Below, one piece after another: positions 37,578 to 59,072 of a stretch of 64,000 bases of DNA. The notes under the pieces were generated by a model. That model had not been told where the DNA came from. It made no database searches and saw only the letters and a list, made by a program, of their open reading frames with translations. The stretch is from Tubulanus polymorphus. Taxonomy: Eukaryota > Animalia > Nemertea. The first letter of the stretch is position 1; each line of letters starts with the position of its first letter. The translations under genes were made by a program, and so were the position numbers. The stretch lies in NCBI RefSeq assembly GCF_964204645.1, contig NC_134025.1, positions 4,030,001 through 4,094,000 on the forward strand, read 5' to 3'.

Positions 37578-39964
37578 GACAATCGTCTGATGCAGACCTC
37601 TTGCACACGAAAATGAAATGATTAGGCCTATGTTAGTGAGTAGATCAGCATTTCATGCCTGACTGTTCGAACACACATGACAAAATTCCAACTCAATGCT
37701 AGGCCCTATAGGCCTTATTCACATGACATCACTGCATGTCATAATGCCTGTCAAGCACAAGCCTGTCTTGCGTGGCTTAAAATTCATGGTTGATGGTATT
37801 TGCCGGACAATATGGATGCGTGCGAACAATACGTGTGAAACTGAAAGGTTTATAGCTATGTCTCAGTCCATGCTATGAAGCCTTATTGTGTACTATCATT
37901 AACAAATTTATTACTATAATAAGTTTCAGTAGGCTAACTGCTACTTTTTAGGGGCACTTCATCATATCTACCTGCATTTAGCGGTGATGCCACAGAACAT
38001 TCTTTTTATCTACCATCGACCGGTTCATTATACCAATTAGATCTTATATTATTGCTATGATTGTTATTCATCTAGGTAAACTATTTAATATTATAAATAA
38101 TAAGGCCGCCGTAGAGTTGTACGTAGAGAAGACGACAACACGTCTTCCTGCAAGTGTGAAAGCAGCAGCCGACATCAAACAGTGTACTGTAGGATATTCT
38201 CCGAATTTAGTCTGGGATGGGGCGACGAGGGATCAGCGTACCGGCCCAGCTTCTATCCTCAGCTCAGAATCAAATGGGACGAGTCGCCACTGTATTCGTT
38301 CAGCAAGGAAATCGATGTTCTAGTTGAAAATAAGCGGTGATTCGAAGCAGCCCGCCTACTAACTTCATCAACTCTCTCCATCCTCGTTGCGACGGTGATG
38401 CGGGCACTTTGCTTACCTACACATCTATCAAGTTCGAATCCCAAAATAAATGCTGACGCAAAAAGCGGTTGTACATAATTGATTTTATTTATATACTAAT
38501 GTACATTATTTCATTACAATATACATGCACCGTACATAGATTTACAGGGCACATTTGGGCAAATAGGTTTTTGCAGAAACAGCATTGACTTTATAGAGAC
38601 AATGAGATTTCAAAAGAAAGATTCTTTTGACAAAAAAATATCCGAACCACTTATGAATTTGTTTCTCTACATAGAAAGAATGAATTTTGCTCTGAATTTA
38701 ATTTTCAAAGAATGGCAAAGGAAGACATTGCTACATATTGGCAGAGTGTAGGCCTATCTTCAGAATATGAAATCATACGAAGGGTGATCTTATAAACACA
38801 GATTACAATTTATAACAGTATATCTTTTTAGTTAGAATATTCATATATAGCAACAAATTAAAAAAAAAATTAACTAACAAGCATGCAAGATATAACATGG
38901 CTAGATGCTATGAACAAGAAATCAATTCAAAGTCTAGCAGCATGAAATACACTCCAACATTCTTGAACTTTTACATGATCTTCGGAAATAAATAGTCAGT
39001 TTCTATAAGATAAATGCAACTGACAAAGAGAAAATGCATAAGTTAGAAATATTGAATCCTGATAATCAAAGGATGACTACTATTTTGAATAAACAAACAA
39101 AATGCACAATATTCCTTCTTCATGAAAAGTAATTGACATTTTTTTCACAAATGTAACCTTACTAAAAATAACTTTAATAACTGTCAGTGTGTTAATGATA
39201 ATATTCGAGCTCATTTCAATACTCTCAGGCAACCTTCCCTGTAAAATATATAGCTATTGATTATGAGTTTTGTTCAAATCTAATCCTTAAGATTACGGAA
39301 ATGGTTACAACAATATCACCAAGAAAAGATCCAATACATTTATATGTAACTCCAAGTTCAGACTCCTTTAATGTATGTATACCTGTGAACTTAGAACTTT
39401 CTCTACATACATAAACACTTTTTAAACATTTTACGACTGGCCACATATACCGGTACTCAGAGGGGCTATGTTATATATGCTTTTAACATTATACCAAAAT
39501 AAATGCATCATCAAAGATTAAAATTGAAACAACATGTTTGACAAAACAGTACATTATTTCAAGGAATAAAGCAGAGAATCACTAAATTTAGCTCACAGAT
39601 GGTGGATTATCGTTAAGTCAAAATTGTCAATACGAACAAGATTCTAATTAAAGTTAGAGTCAAATATCAAACATTTCTTCCCTATGACTGTTCCTCGTGT
39701 CCATAACAGTTTTCAATCGAAATCATCCAGAATGAGAAGCTACTGGAAGCTACAGAAATACGCTCAGGAAATTATCTACATCTCGGCTCTTCTCCATCAC
39801 TCAAAATCTGTACATATAACTGTACATGATAACACTATGAAGAAAAGTTCACGTCGCTATTGCATCAAAAAATCATAAAGCACCACGGTATTATCACATT
39901 CCTGTCCACCATTGACAGGATTAATAACAACTTTTAAATGACGATTCTGATTCAAGCAAGGAGG

Positions 39965-47602
<7,638 letters not shown>

Positions 47603-47675
47603 TTTTTCATGTCATTTATTATTTACCGATATATCATGATTTAGCGAAGTTTTAAAACTGCTCAAAGGTTTCCAA

Positions 47676-47781
47676 CCAGGAAATGTTTTTCACATCACCG
47701 TAAAGGGGCGCCATCTGGTGAGCAAAAAGTTAGATGACGTCATGTTATTACGCAATAGCACACAAACAGGTTCGAATCACC
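47676..47781. promoter_or_regulatory. JIP distal promoter motif cluster: ETS-like, CTCF-like, CRE, C/EBP-like
   Basis: ACCAGGAAAT (~47676), GCGCCATCTGGTG (47708-47720), TGACGTCA (47735-47742), ATTACGCAAT (47747-47756), GGTTCGAATC (47769-47778). All lie 75-180 bp upstream of ATG 47602. Confidence 0.55.
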
Positions 47782-48558
47782 CACACACACAGCGAGCTAG
47801 TTAATATAATAACAATTTAGTCTTGAACAACTAATCCTGAATATCGGCAATGCAAATTTAAAAAGACATGAAATTAATATCCTTAATAAAATAAAACAAC
47901 ATTTATTTCTCATTGCAGAGACACAAGTTTGAAATACAGTTCATAAAATATATTTCTACAAAACAAAATAAAATTCACAATTCTTCTAACAACAGCGGTA
48001 AACATAATTTGTCAAGATTTAAGAAGTTTCCTGCCCCAAATATGCTGAAGTACTAGGCAATCAGAGCACAAGATTTGCAATTTTTACAAAATAATAAATT
48101 TTTGACAGCTTATCACATTAATTTATCAAATATATGTATAATATATATATATATTGAAAATAAAGTTTATATCTACAATAGACATCTTATAGTAATTATC
48201 ACAGACTCTGGATGATAAAACATTAAATTTTGCATTTGGACCTATAATGATAAAATTTTGGCACTTATGGTGCAGATTAGGAAAATATACATAATATGCT
48301 GCTACAGTGACATAATATCATAATCTAATACTATGGTTTACTTATTTGTCACAAAAACATATGCATTCCATGTATGAATCGGCATAAGATTTTCAACCTT
48401 TCCTTCCTGAATGGAACTATAATGTTCATACATTTTGTCCAATACATCTAAAATGTTTGAATTGAATATATCTTTAGGGGATATTTTACTGGGTGCACAC
48501 TGATTAGTATATCTTTCATTTATATATATATAATCTTCAAGTTCTAATATTGAAAGCA

Positions 48559-48894
48559 TCAAGGATTTGTTAGGAAAGCTTTTATGAAGTCATTGTAGCT
48601 GACTTGGCCTGATAAATCTTTGTCATAGTAAGACATCAAATGGTAGAATTCCTCTTCCGAAAGATTCATGTTGTAAGATTTCAAAATTGATCGAAAATCA
48701 TTCGGATAAACAAACCCGCTACCACTTTTATCCACAGCTCTGAACGAACGTCGCATCTTTTTCCAGTTATCTGATACACAATTCTGACAACGTAGCATCG
48801 CATCATAGAAATATGTAGTCTTCACCCCAGTATTTACCTAAAACATTAAGTGATAGTAAGCACATTTTTTCAGATATTCCTCAAAGCAACACAG

Positions 48895-48931
<37 letters not shown>

Positions 48932-51900
48932 CATACTGGGCTTCTCGTATCAGGCAACTTCTTGCGTTCTGTAATGTGAGGTTGACGATGTTTCAAAGTC
49001 AAAACGAAGTGACGCAGGAAGTCCATGTAAGGAAATCTACCATTATTCTTAACGTCGTATTTCACGACCAATTTAGCGAAATCTTCATCAGAAACGCTAG
49101 CGTACTGACATAAAACATCTATAATATAGAATAGGACATTTGATGAATAATCAAGAACATACATCTATTGATTATCAATAAGTAGGTAGAGACAAACCTC
49201 TGAAATCCATTATGTCGAGTTCACCGATATCATTTTTATCTTTGGCGCGACATTTCCTTTGTATTTCCTGCCAGTGTTTACATACAATATCCTTGAGTCT
49301 CATTTCGATTGTTTCAGCATTAATCAGTGGAGTTCCGGCGAATGTATATGAACGAGCTAAACCAGTAGGCGGAGCGGCAATACTGTTCCTCAAACGAACA
49401 TCAATCTATTGTGTTTGAAAAGATTTTTAAGAAATTCAAACTACTGAGACATACATGTAGTCATGAAAAATGATATCTAACTGGTTAATGTTTAGACTTC
49501 AAATGATTGTCTGTCGCTAGGACATGTCTAAAATATTTACTTAATTTAATCTGAACAACATTGAGACTCGATCAATTCAGGTGAGATTATTTACTTAGTG
49601 TAAGTAAATACTATTGTAGTTTTCTACATACTTGATAATGCTAGAACTAATAGCTTTTAGTTCATTGCTATTCAGATAATGCTGTCTATGTTAATAGGAT
49701 TTTAAATCATCTGCTGAGACACTCGAGTCTAGTCGGAAATATCTCAGCAATCAAGCATGACTACTAATCTTTATTGAATTAGAATTAATCTTGAACATAA
49801 GACATCCATTACTAATGCTGGTATTTACCTTTCCCGATGAAGCAGACTTTCGAGCGAAGACAGCAGAAGATGGTCTCTGTGGTGCTGGGGTATTTGTCTG
49901 TTTCTCGCGTTTCATAACTCGTTGCATTGTACCGTCTTTACCGGTGAGAAGAATCAAGAAATCCTTGTATTCTAAGTTGCCAAATTCATTCACAGGCAAG
50001 TTATTCCAGACACGATCAAACTATTAAAAAGAAAGTTTCACCTCACGAAATTTCAACTTCAAACTCGAATTGATAATTGAGAGATTTCGTGTACTATTAA
50101 CTATACCTGTTCATCTGTTAATCTCATAATGTGTTCATCCATGATACCTTTAAAGTCCTCCTTACAAACAACTCCAATGTTTGCGTAATCGGAATCATTG
50201 AATGCCTTCGCAATATGGTAAACCCTAGCTTGTACGGACTCTTTTATCAACTGCATTACTTCATCAATTGGTAATGGATGAGGTGTACGAGCTCGTACAG
50301 TTTTCTGTAAACTATCCATCCAGTTATCAGCCTCCTGTTCATAAGAAATACTGTGCAGTCTACTTACTTTTGAATTTTCGGAATACGAACATGATGATAG
50401 AATGCAATACTTACTGTATCTGCAGCTTTACAGAAGCTATCCAGGAATGTGGCATAATCAACCAGATTGTCACCGCTAACTTTCAACTTTGACACAAGTT
50501 GCTTGAACTGTGGATCAGTAAGGCGATAAGCAAAATTATCCAAAACACTCCTGAAATCTGATGCTTTAATTTTCTGCTTTCCACTCCTATCAAATGTTGA
50601 AAAAGCCTAGAAAAGAGATGGATAGTATTCTATTGTAAATATGGTTAAGTTCTACCTCAATACGATGATACACTTTTTACCTTTTCTAAAGTTTCATAAT
50701 CATTTGAAACTTTTTCCCTTAGCTCACATTCAGCATCAAATGGACTAAGTTTTGGGTTGTATGGAATCTCTAACGATGCAGAAGGCCGTTGACCATAGCT
50801 TGAATGACGACCTTCTTCAAATGCTTTCAGAAACTGTTCATAGTTGAGTTTGCTCTTTCTTTCATAAAGACCAATCCTAGAAAAAGACCCGTGGAATCTG
50901 CATTAAGGAGCTTCGATATGTGAACTCTGTATTTCTACAAGCTTTCATAAATCATAATTGTTTACCTATCAAGAAGCTCAAAGAACTGTTTATCTGAAAG
51001 GTAGAAATTAAGATCACAGAGAACTTTCTGAATCTCATCAATCGACAAAAAGCCTTTTTTCTTGGTGTCATATTTCCGAAAAGTTGTGTAAGTATCAGCA
51101 TACTGATCTTGAATTCTTGCTCTGAAAAACAAGTTTAATTCATTCAATTATAAAATGGTGGTTGCAACTACATTTCTTTATCAGAAAATTACCAAATATG
51201 CTGTTACTTACTTCAGAAGCCGATGAACTTCTTCCACACTCAGGAAGTTATTTCGTTGTGCTGTGTTGTAGCTGATCAACTTATGTTTCTCTAATTGTTC
51301 TTCATTGTGTCGGACGATTGTTTCATAACTGTCTTGAACAATTCTTTTACTGTGGCCTTGTTGATCACCAGGAGCAAAATTTGTACCTAATTTCTCCAGG
51401 AATATCTGATGACTGATGAATCCACATCCTTTAGTGTCGAGCCTAAAATTCACATACCAGGTACCGTATATGATATTTGTCAACGGTAAGTATACAAATT
51501 GCGAAATCATGATTCATGGTTAATTAATTAATCTTATATCAACGTAGTACTAACATGTTCCATAGTTTGTTGTACTCAGTGCTGTCAATGGGCAAAATGA
51601 ATTTATAGAGAACTTCTTTAAGTTCACGTTTAGTTATCACAGCATTTCCATCTTTATCCATTGAACGGAAAGCTTTAGCAAGATCAGTCCACTGAAGATG
51701 AGCTTTTTCAGCCAGCACCTCATGCACCTCTTCTGCTGTCATTGATTTAGTTGGTATAGCGTCATTGTATCTGTAAATTGAAGAGTTCATAAGTTATGAC
51801 TTGAATAATAATGAAGATAAAGCAAAATGTGCAGTCTTTTCTGTTATTCCTAAAATTACCGATGATCTGAAATCCAATGATGCCCTTCTGGTCGATCTCG

Positions 51901-54900
51901 AACTTCAAATTTATCCAAGAAATCTTGATAGCTGATCTTAGCCTTTTTGCCAATGCCTAGTCTTTCACATAAGCGACTAAATTCTCGATCTGTCATTACA
52001 AACATGAAGGCATCACAAAGTCTTCGAAAGTTAACCTTGGTTAGGTACCCGTTGTGATTATCATCAAATTTATAGAACGCACCCCGCAAATCCTGAAAAA
52101 TTTCAAGCAGTCATGAGATAGATCAGTAACATTCAACCTGTAATCTTTGTGATGACGAGTGATTTTTGTGAGTAGTGCAAATTTTCAGTGAATTCATACA
52201 AATAAATATTACAATTGAAATCGTTCAGTGCTGAATACCTTTCTTACAGCCCCTGTTTATTGCAGTCACAGAAAAAAGTAAATGATTTATATGAATTTGA
52301 ATACTCTTAAGATATACTCTTTATATATTTTATAAGCAACTTTTACTTACAGAGAAGTTTTCTCGTAGTTTATTTTGAAGTTTTAACAGAGCTTCCTCGG
52401 CAGTCATTCCCCATTCATCACCTCGAATCGGATTCACATGGTGATTATCAGAACGAAGTTTAAACTCTCCAGGACCATTCGGACGAGGGTCCTCAAAACT
52501 GGTGATGAAATCTGAGTACGTCAGGAAACCATTGACGAAACCGAGTTTTTCTGAGAGAGATTTGAACTGCTCGTTGGTAAATGTAAAACCATACATTTCA
52601 CACACCTGAAAATACGATGCATTTATAAGGTTAGTTCTTGATTATTTATCTATATATGAGTGACATACAGAATTACCAGTAGGCTAAACATACTTTTCTG
52701 AAGTCATTCTTTGATATTCGTCCTCGAAAATGTTTATCATACATCATAAATGATTGTCGAATGCTTGTCTTGTGTTGCGCCATTCGGTCTTTCAACTTTG
52801 CAATTACTTCATCTTCGCACATGCCTTCAGTTCGCTGTTGAACCGAGTCATTCGACAAACCTTGCCTGAAAAAATATATACTTTTCATGTGATCGAACTG
52901 TAAACACTAAAATCTTTGATTCAGTTGTAGAAATTTTGATAATCACCTGGCAACAAGATCATCCAATCTACGACGTTCAGCAGCTTCACTTCCATCATAT
53001 ATCTGAGTGCTAAGTCCAGTTTTATCAGTCGGCTGTACATCAATTCCGAGTTTAATCAAGAAATCTAAATAATTGACTTTTCCATCTTCACGTTCATCAC
53101 AGCGTTTCAATAAACTGAAATCATTCAGGCTTATCATTAACTCCATAGCATGTTATAGGTTTCTCATTATAAGTAAGATGATGATTGAATGTGGCGAGCA
53201 TTTGTAATCCACTATGGATTCTTAATTCAAAGCTTCCGTGTTTTTAGGATGCAATTTTCATAATGCATACTTTCCATTCATCTATAATCATGCTTATAGA
53301 TTGATAGCACAGTGAAAGTGATTCAGTGACAGTTCATCTAACTATAGTGTATAGGATGTTTCATTAATGTCAATTTACTTTTCTTACACATTACAAATCA
53401 TGTTCACTATAACTTGATGAAAATCACTTACTATGAAAGAAAAGATGTGATAAGAAAGCATGATTCCTTAAAATTTAGAGGAAGCGAGAAGCATTAGTTG
53501 TACGATATATGTAAATCGAATGATTAGAGCACGAATGACAAAGAATAACAACCTTGCCAGCATAATTGAAAACATAAAATATGGGGTGTAAAACAAGATA
53601 TGCTTCAGACATCAAAAACACATACACACTGAGGTAATTCTAAAAATATTCTGAAACATTTCTTGGGAAGGCACAGTGAATATTGTATCATTACATATGA
53701 CATATGTTTCACCTAGGTTTTTGCTCATAAAAGCCGGATGAAGTATGACATCTTTCATCATTAAATCGAACAGTTTTAGAAGCTGCAGCTCTGTTGTTGG
53801 ATGATGTACTAGGCCTATCACGCAATCTGTTAGTGAAATTCACAATGTCTGTTATTTCATCATGTGTTAGAGCAAGTTCATTAAAGAATTATAGTGTCCT
53901 TCCATGAAAGACAACCAGACAAAAATATCTAAAACTGTAGAGTATGATAAACTCAAACTTACTGTTCAAAATGCTCATCTGTGAGTGGTAAACAATTAGA
54001 ATCGATGATGTCTTTTAACTGCCAGGGAAATATCGCATTCTCCTCATTTTGATCTGCTGCAACCAAATCTTCAGAAAATTCTTTCCATCTATATGAGATC
54101 TTCTCTTGAAGAATTTCTTCCACAGTGTCCCAGGCCATCACGACCGGTTTCTGTTTATCATTAAAACGGTGAACAGAATTCAACCATTTGTGGGCTGCCT
54201 ATTTATCAAAGTGAAAGATATAGAATCAAAATAAAGTCAAACATAATTATCATTCAACAAGCAAGACTTCAGATGTTACCTCCGACTCCTTAGGTTCAAA
54301 TATCTCCAGGAATGAATGATAATTGATGAAATTTGTATGCTGCGGATCTAATTCAATAAGTAGATCTCTGTACTGGTCATCCGTAATAGGAAACTTGAAT
54401 GAATTCAAAATCTCTCGCAATTCTTTTCTAGAGATTTTGCCATCTCTATTCTGAAAATGTAATTTGCAGACTATCGGTAAACATTCAATTCATATCTATA
54501 TGATGTTTTTTTCAGTAAAGGTTTCTACTGCTGCTGACCTTGTCAAACTGAAGGAAAGCATGTTTCAGTGATGGATAGTGATGTAACACTTTATCATGAA
54601 GTAAATCGATAACCTCTTCATCAGATTTAGCCTGTCCTGTGCCTCGAACAGGAAAATATCTGAAATTAACAATTGTAGCATTGATAATCAGACTGCCAAT
54701 GGCATGACCTGGTGATAAGCATGACATGGTGATAGTTCTATCATTTTTGATTGAGGGCAGAGCTTACTGGTGATTGTTATGTCTGATGGGTAGTGTTTGT
54801 CCGTTTCCGAAAGCCTGGGGATCTTGAAACTTATTAAGAAATATTTCCCAGGAAATACGTCCAGACGCCTTGACTCCACACCTGGAAGTAAAAACATATG

Positions 54901-57840
54901 GGCTTAACAATGAGTTTCCGATGAACTTTTATGGACAAGAATACACGGAATTACGTGACTAACCTTTCCATCAAAGCGAGGAATAGTTGATCAGACATTG
55001 GAATTGTGAAGTTAGACAAAATTGACTTCAAATCAGTAATTGAGACAAATCCAGAATGACTTCTGTCAAATGCAAGAAACGCTTTTCTCAAATTGTTATG
55101 GTTTGCTTTCATCTGAAATATATGAAATCTACAATTTTATGTATGTTACATATAGAAGATATATTTCCTTTCTATCTGAAGTCCTTACCCTTTTTCTAAA
55201 TTCTGCTTCAATTTTATCAAAATTCAGTTTCATATCATTATCGTCATTCCTCTTAATGACTGGTTTCACAACTCGTAGTCCATTCTCTTTCTGTTCATTA
55301 TGATCCCAGGTTAATGCTAAAATGAAGTCATAAACACAACAAACATATAAAAGAAATTGAAAGAGATTATGAGGTACACCTCAATATTTTTCACAGTAGC
55401 ATTTCTACAAACCTGCCCTAGTGCCTTCTGAAACTGGCCGATTTCCATTACCATCAACATTAATACCGATTCTACGAAGGAATTCTCGATAATTGATCAA
55501 TCCTGTATGATGAAAATCATACCTTTGCCATAACCTGTACAATCGAAAATTTAACAATTACCTTACCGACTTATTAGAAAGTATCACTTTTATTTTGAAT
55601 TAGTTGATTGCTTACTTATTAAACTGAGCATCGCTGAATTTGAAACAATAATTTTCCAACACTTTTCGTAGTTCATGTTGTTGAACTTGACCATCTCGAT
55701 TATAGTCAAACAATCGCAATGCTTTCACTAAATTCTTTACATTTCTACTGATCTAAAACACACAAAATACAAGTGTTTTTTCAGTGAAATCGTAGCGGGC
55801 AATTTTGAAAATAAGGAACTGAACAAAATTTTCCGCCTACCTTTTCTTTGAGTAAAGTTTCAATTACATCAACATTGAGACTTTCTTTTGCACTTTGCTG
55901 AGCAACATATCTAAAACAATTTGATAATAGACAAATCTATGATATATCCAATCAATAATTTTACCAACATTTCAAAGGTCCAAAGCCACATCTGAATGAT
56001 GGAATATTCACCTATGTGTTCCACTAGTCCAAGAGTCAGCTTTACTGGGAGGACGTCTTCCTGTGTTAAACTTATCCAAGAAATCACAATACCTTATCGT
56101 TCCATTAGAATTGGTTTCGACCTGAAATTCATTTGATATGACATAAAAAAGCTGTACAAAATACTAACATGTAGTGATGAAGGGAAGGTGCTCTGAAACA
56201 GTTAACAGAAAGCAGGTAAGCAATGTGAGATAAACAATAGAAAAAAAACTGCAGATGAGTTGATCATCTAAAATGACTACAATCCAGATGTAAATTCTGG
56301 CTGTTGATTGCAGTGCCTTATGTTTAGCAAATAAAAAACAACAGATGGTATTAGATCCACCAAGATAATGTCCCAATGTCTTCCTGAAACTCTAGGACGA
56401 TCAGCAGGTAAAAAGTGATAGATGTTGCGCCACAGCAAAGGTATGTGTTAGTGGTACACCGATTACCTTAGCAACAATAGCTGAGAATTGTTCAGTGGTC
56501 ATAGGAAAACAATAAAGTTCTAGAACGCGACGAAATTCACCCCGAGTTACACTGAGATTCTTGTCAATATCATAATTCTGGAAGGCCTGAAATTTAAATT
56601 ACATCAATATTCACCTTTACAAAGGTTCCCTACTTTCACTATTTCAACATTTTGGCTTTGAACCGACATGAAAAGAGCTACGGTATTTATCTAAGTATTC
56701 TCAACGCTTCACAACTACGCATGCTTCTAGCAAGCATTTTCAGATTACAAAAATCCAAATTTCTAATATAGCGGAGCCAGACGCTTACTAGTTAGAATCA
56801 GATGTAAAAAGAAACTACATGTAATATCTTCTAGCACGAGTAAACAATGAAAGAGGTTGGAATAATACTAGAAATTGAGAGGAAAGGGGATAGAAAAACT
56901 ACCATACATGTGATTAAAAAAGTTAACCTAATTCATTTGATACCGAAAAACCAATCAACCACATGGATCTAAAATTATAGCGTGCATTGCAATATAAGCC
57001 TCTCAAAGCTGTATGAATCTAATTCTGGTGCATAAATCAATAAATGCTGTAATCTATAACTCAGTTCAAATTGCTTTATTTCATTAATTTTTCCATTTCG
57101 TTTTTCCTATTTTACCTGCTGTAAATCTCGATATTTGGCGGCAACTTTTTGTTGAAGCATATTTTCTACATCAATAACCGAGAGGCTATTATCTGGCATA
57201 TTTCTACCCGCCGACATGTTGGAACTTCTCTCAGAAAAAGCTGAAAAGATTAACTCATTACATAAAAAAAGATTTGATGAGACAGATAGACCAAAACAAC
57301 AGTGTTATCTAAGATCTCGGAAAAGTTCTCATGGCTGCATAGCACTGACAGTTTGTAAATCAGTGTCGCTTGGATATCAATGATAATGATTCTCTTCAGG
57401 TTCACACATAACTTACAATTGCAATACATGAAACAGGTTTTATTACAAAACGCGACATGTATTAATTCTCTCAATGAACAGAAATGTACAGTTTAACGCT
57501 CCCTCATTAGGCATTAATTCATTCAGGTAATCATAATAAACCTGAGAACATAATGACATCTTACTCCAGACAAAGCAACTACAGGCATTAACATTTCAAA
57601 GCATAAATAGAAATCCATGGAGCTGTGTCACTTTTAGTAGTTTAATGTCATTATAGAATGATCAGCTCATTCTAATTACTTACTTGATGAGCGACTTATT
57701 ACTTTTTCATTTTGGGTAAATGATTCACTGCGACTGTGTCCTACACTTACAGCTACTGGTGTCGTAGGAGGCAGTCGTGTGGTTGTCGAAGGTCGAACTG
57801 AGAAACTTTGAGGACGCAAACCCGGCATCACTTGTGCCAT
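48559..57840 (-). CDS. EFCAB6: EF-hand calcium-binding domain protein 6 (multi-EF-hand), about 27 coding exons
   Basis: Starts MAQVMPGLRPQ (57840). AFQNYDIDKNLSVTRGEFRRVLELYCFPMTTEQF resembles the first EFCAB6 EF unit. Many repeated EF-hand pairs (AFRSMDKDGNAVITKREL, AFYKFDDNHNGYLTKVNF, SFRAVDKSGSGFV). Ends YYDKDLSGQVSYNDFIKAFLTNP*. A 5'UTR exon donor lies near 58408. Not every internal junction was phase-checked. Confidence 0.88.
48900..48927. repeat. (TA)n microsatellite in the last EFCAB6 intron
   Basis: Directly visible. Confidence 0.95.
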
Positions 57841-58505
57841 ATTTCCTTTCAGAAAAGAAAAATAATTCAAATAGAAAATAATTCTTTTCTGCAGGAGGAA
57901 AAAATTGAGAGGCTAACCGACAATATTATCTTTCAATAGAATGCTAGTCCCCATTTTCACAAAAAGTCACCTGTCAGATTATTTTACTCTAACTAAGCCC
58001 ATCCAATTATAAAAGCTTCCGATTAGGCTAACTAAGCTCGATTCAATATCTTCATTGATTTACTATTTCTTTTAGGGCCTAATCGCTTTCTATTGCTTCT
58101 TCTTCGACTTCAGGCCTACAGAAAAAGGTACTCGTACACATCTAGCAGAAAAATGAATTACAGTAATTCTTTATTTGGTATTTTAAATTAATAGGCCTTA
58201 TTGAATTTTGATTTATTAGAATAAGTACGCACGGTATTGGTATGTAGGCTAATAATTAGACATTAGTAAGTATTGTAGTTAGTAATCGGTAGTAGTCGGT
58301 ATTGAATTGACATTAAAAAAAATATATAATCAAACAAAACTAACTAAAGGCGAATCTCAGAGAATCAGTCATTGAAGCACCGCTGGACTGACTGGCCATA
58401 ACATTTACCTGTTTCGTTTTTTTTCCGATCCTCCAGAAACTTATTATATCAACGTATTACGTTCTGCATCCACAAATACTTAACACACACCCGCCATGAC
58501 ACAAC

Positions 58506-58519
58506 GTTGCCATGTAAAC
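58506..58519. promoter_or_regulatory. Near-consensus RFX X-box upstream of EFCAB6 (GTTGCCATGTAAAC)
   Basis: One mismatch to GTYNCY-AT-RGNAAC, ~100 bp upstream of the 5'UTR exon donor of a gene whose vertebrate orthologue is a motile-cilia protein. Confidence 0.6.
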
Positions 58520-58881
58520 ATCTTCATTCAGTAGAGGGCACCACAAGCTGGCATAACTGAAGGCGGATTTTACAGGAGAGCTCCGGAATCTACGCGGAGC
58601 CCACCTGGATATTATGGTTCGAGTCATGTTCAAATTCAATTAGTTGGAAAAAAAGAAGATAGAAAGAAGACAAACGTAATAGATTATCAAAAATTTGTAA
58701 CAATAAAAAATGACCATGGTGAAAGAGGAAGCTTTTTGGGTTGGCCGAGCAGGCCGGCGGGCCTCCCCAGCCGACCCATCTCGTGACTCGAGAGTCCCAA
58801 AAGTAGTTTTGAGTTGTTAGATTGGTTATTGAATCAAAATTGATGAACGTAATCTTGACAAGTGCTACCGAAACAACACAC

Positions 58882-59072
58882 TGTCTAACCCAGCCGTAAA
58901 GTGCTGCCATTATGCTCATCGTTAGCGGAATTTCCATACACTAACGTAAGTTGACTCTGGCAATCGATGTGCTGACCAAAAACCCTGATTACCAGAGTCG
59001 ACTTATGTTAGTGTATAGAAATTCCGCTATCGATGAGCATAACGTCAGCACCATACGGTGGAGTATTAGACA
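58882..59072. repeat. Long inverted repeat (~84-bp arms, 21-nt spacer), MITE/foldback-like
   Basis: 58882-58965 TGTCTAA...GACTCTGGCAATC is the near reverse complement of 58987-59072 GATTACCAGAGTC...TTAGACA. Confidence 0.9.

Noticed and set aside
38431-38442. B-box-like GTTCGAATCCC as a tRNA or SINE
   Set aside because: No A-box or cloverleaf around it.
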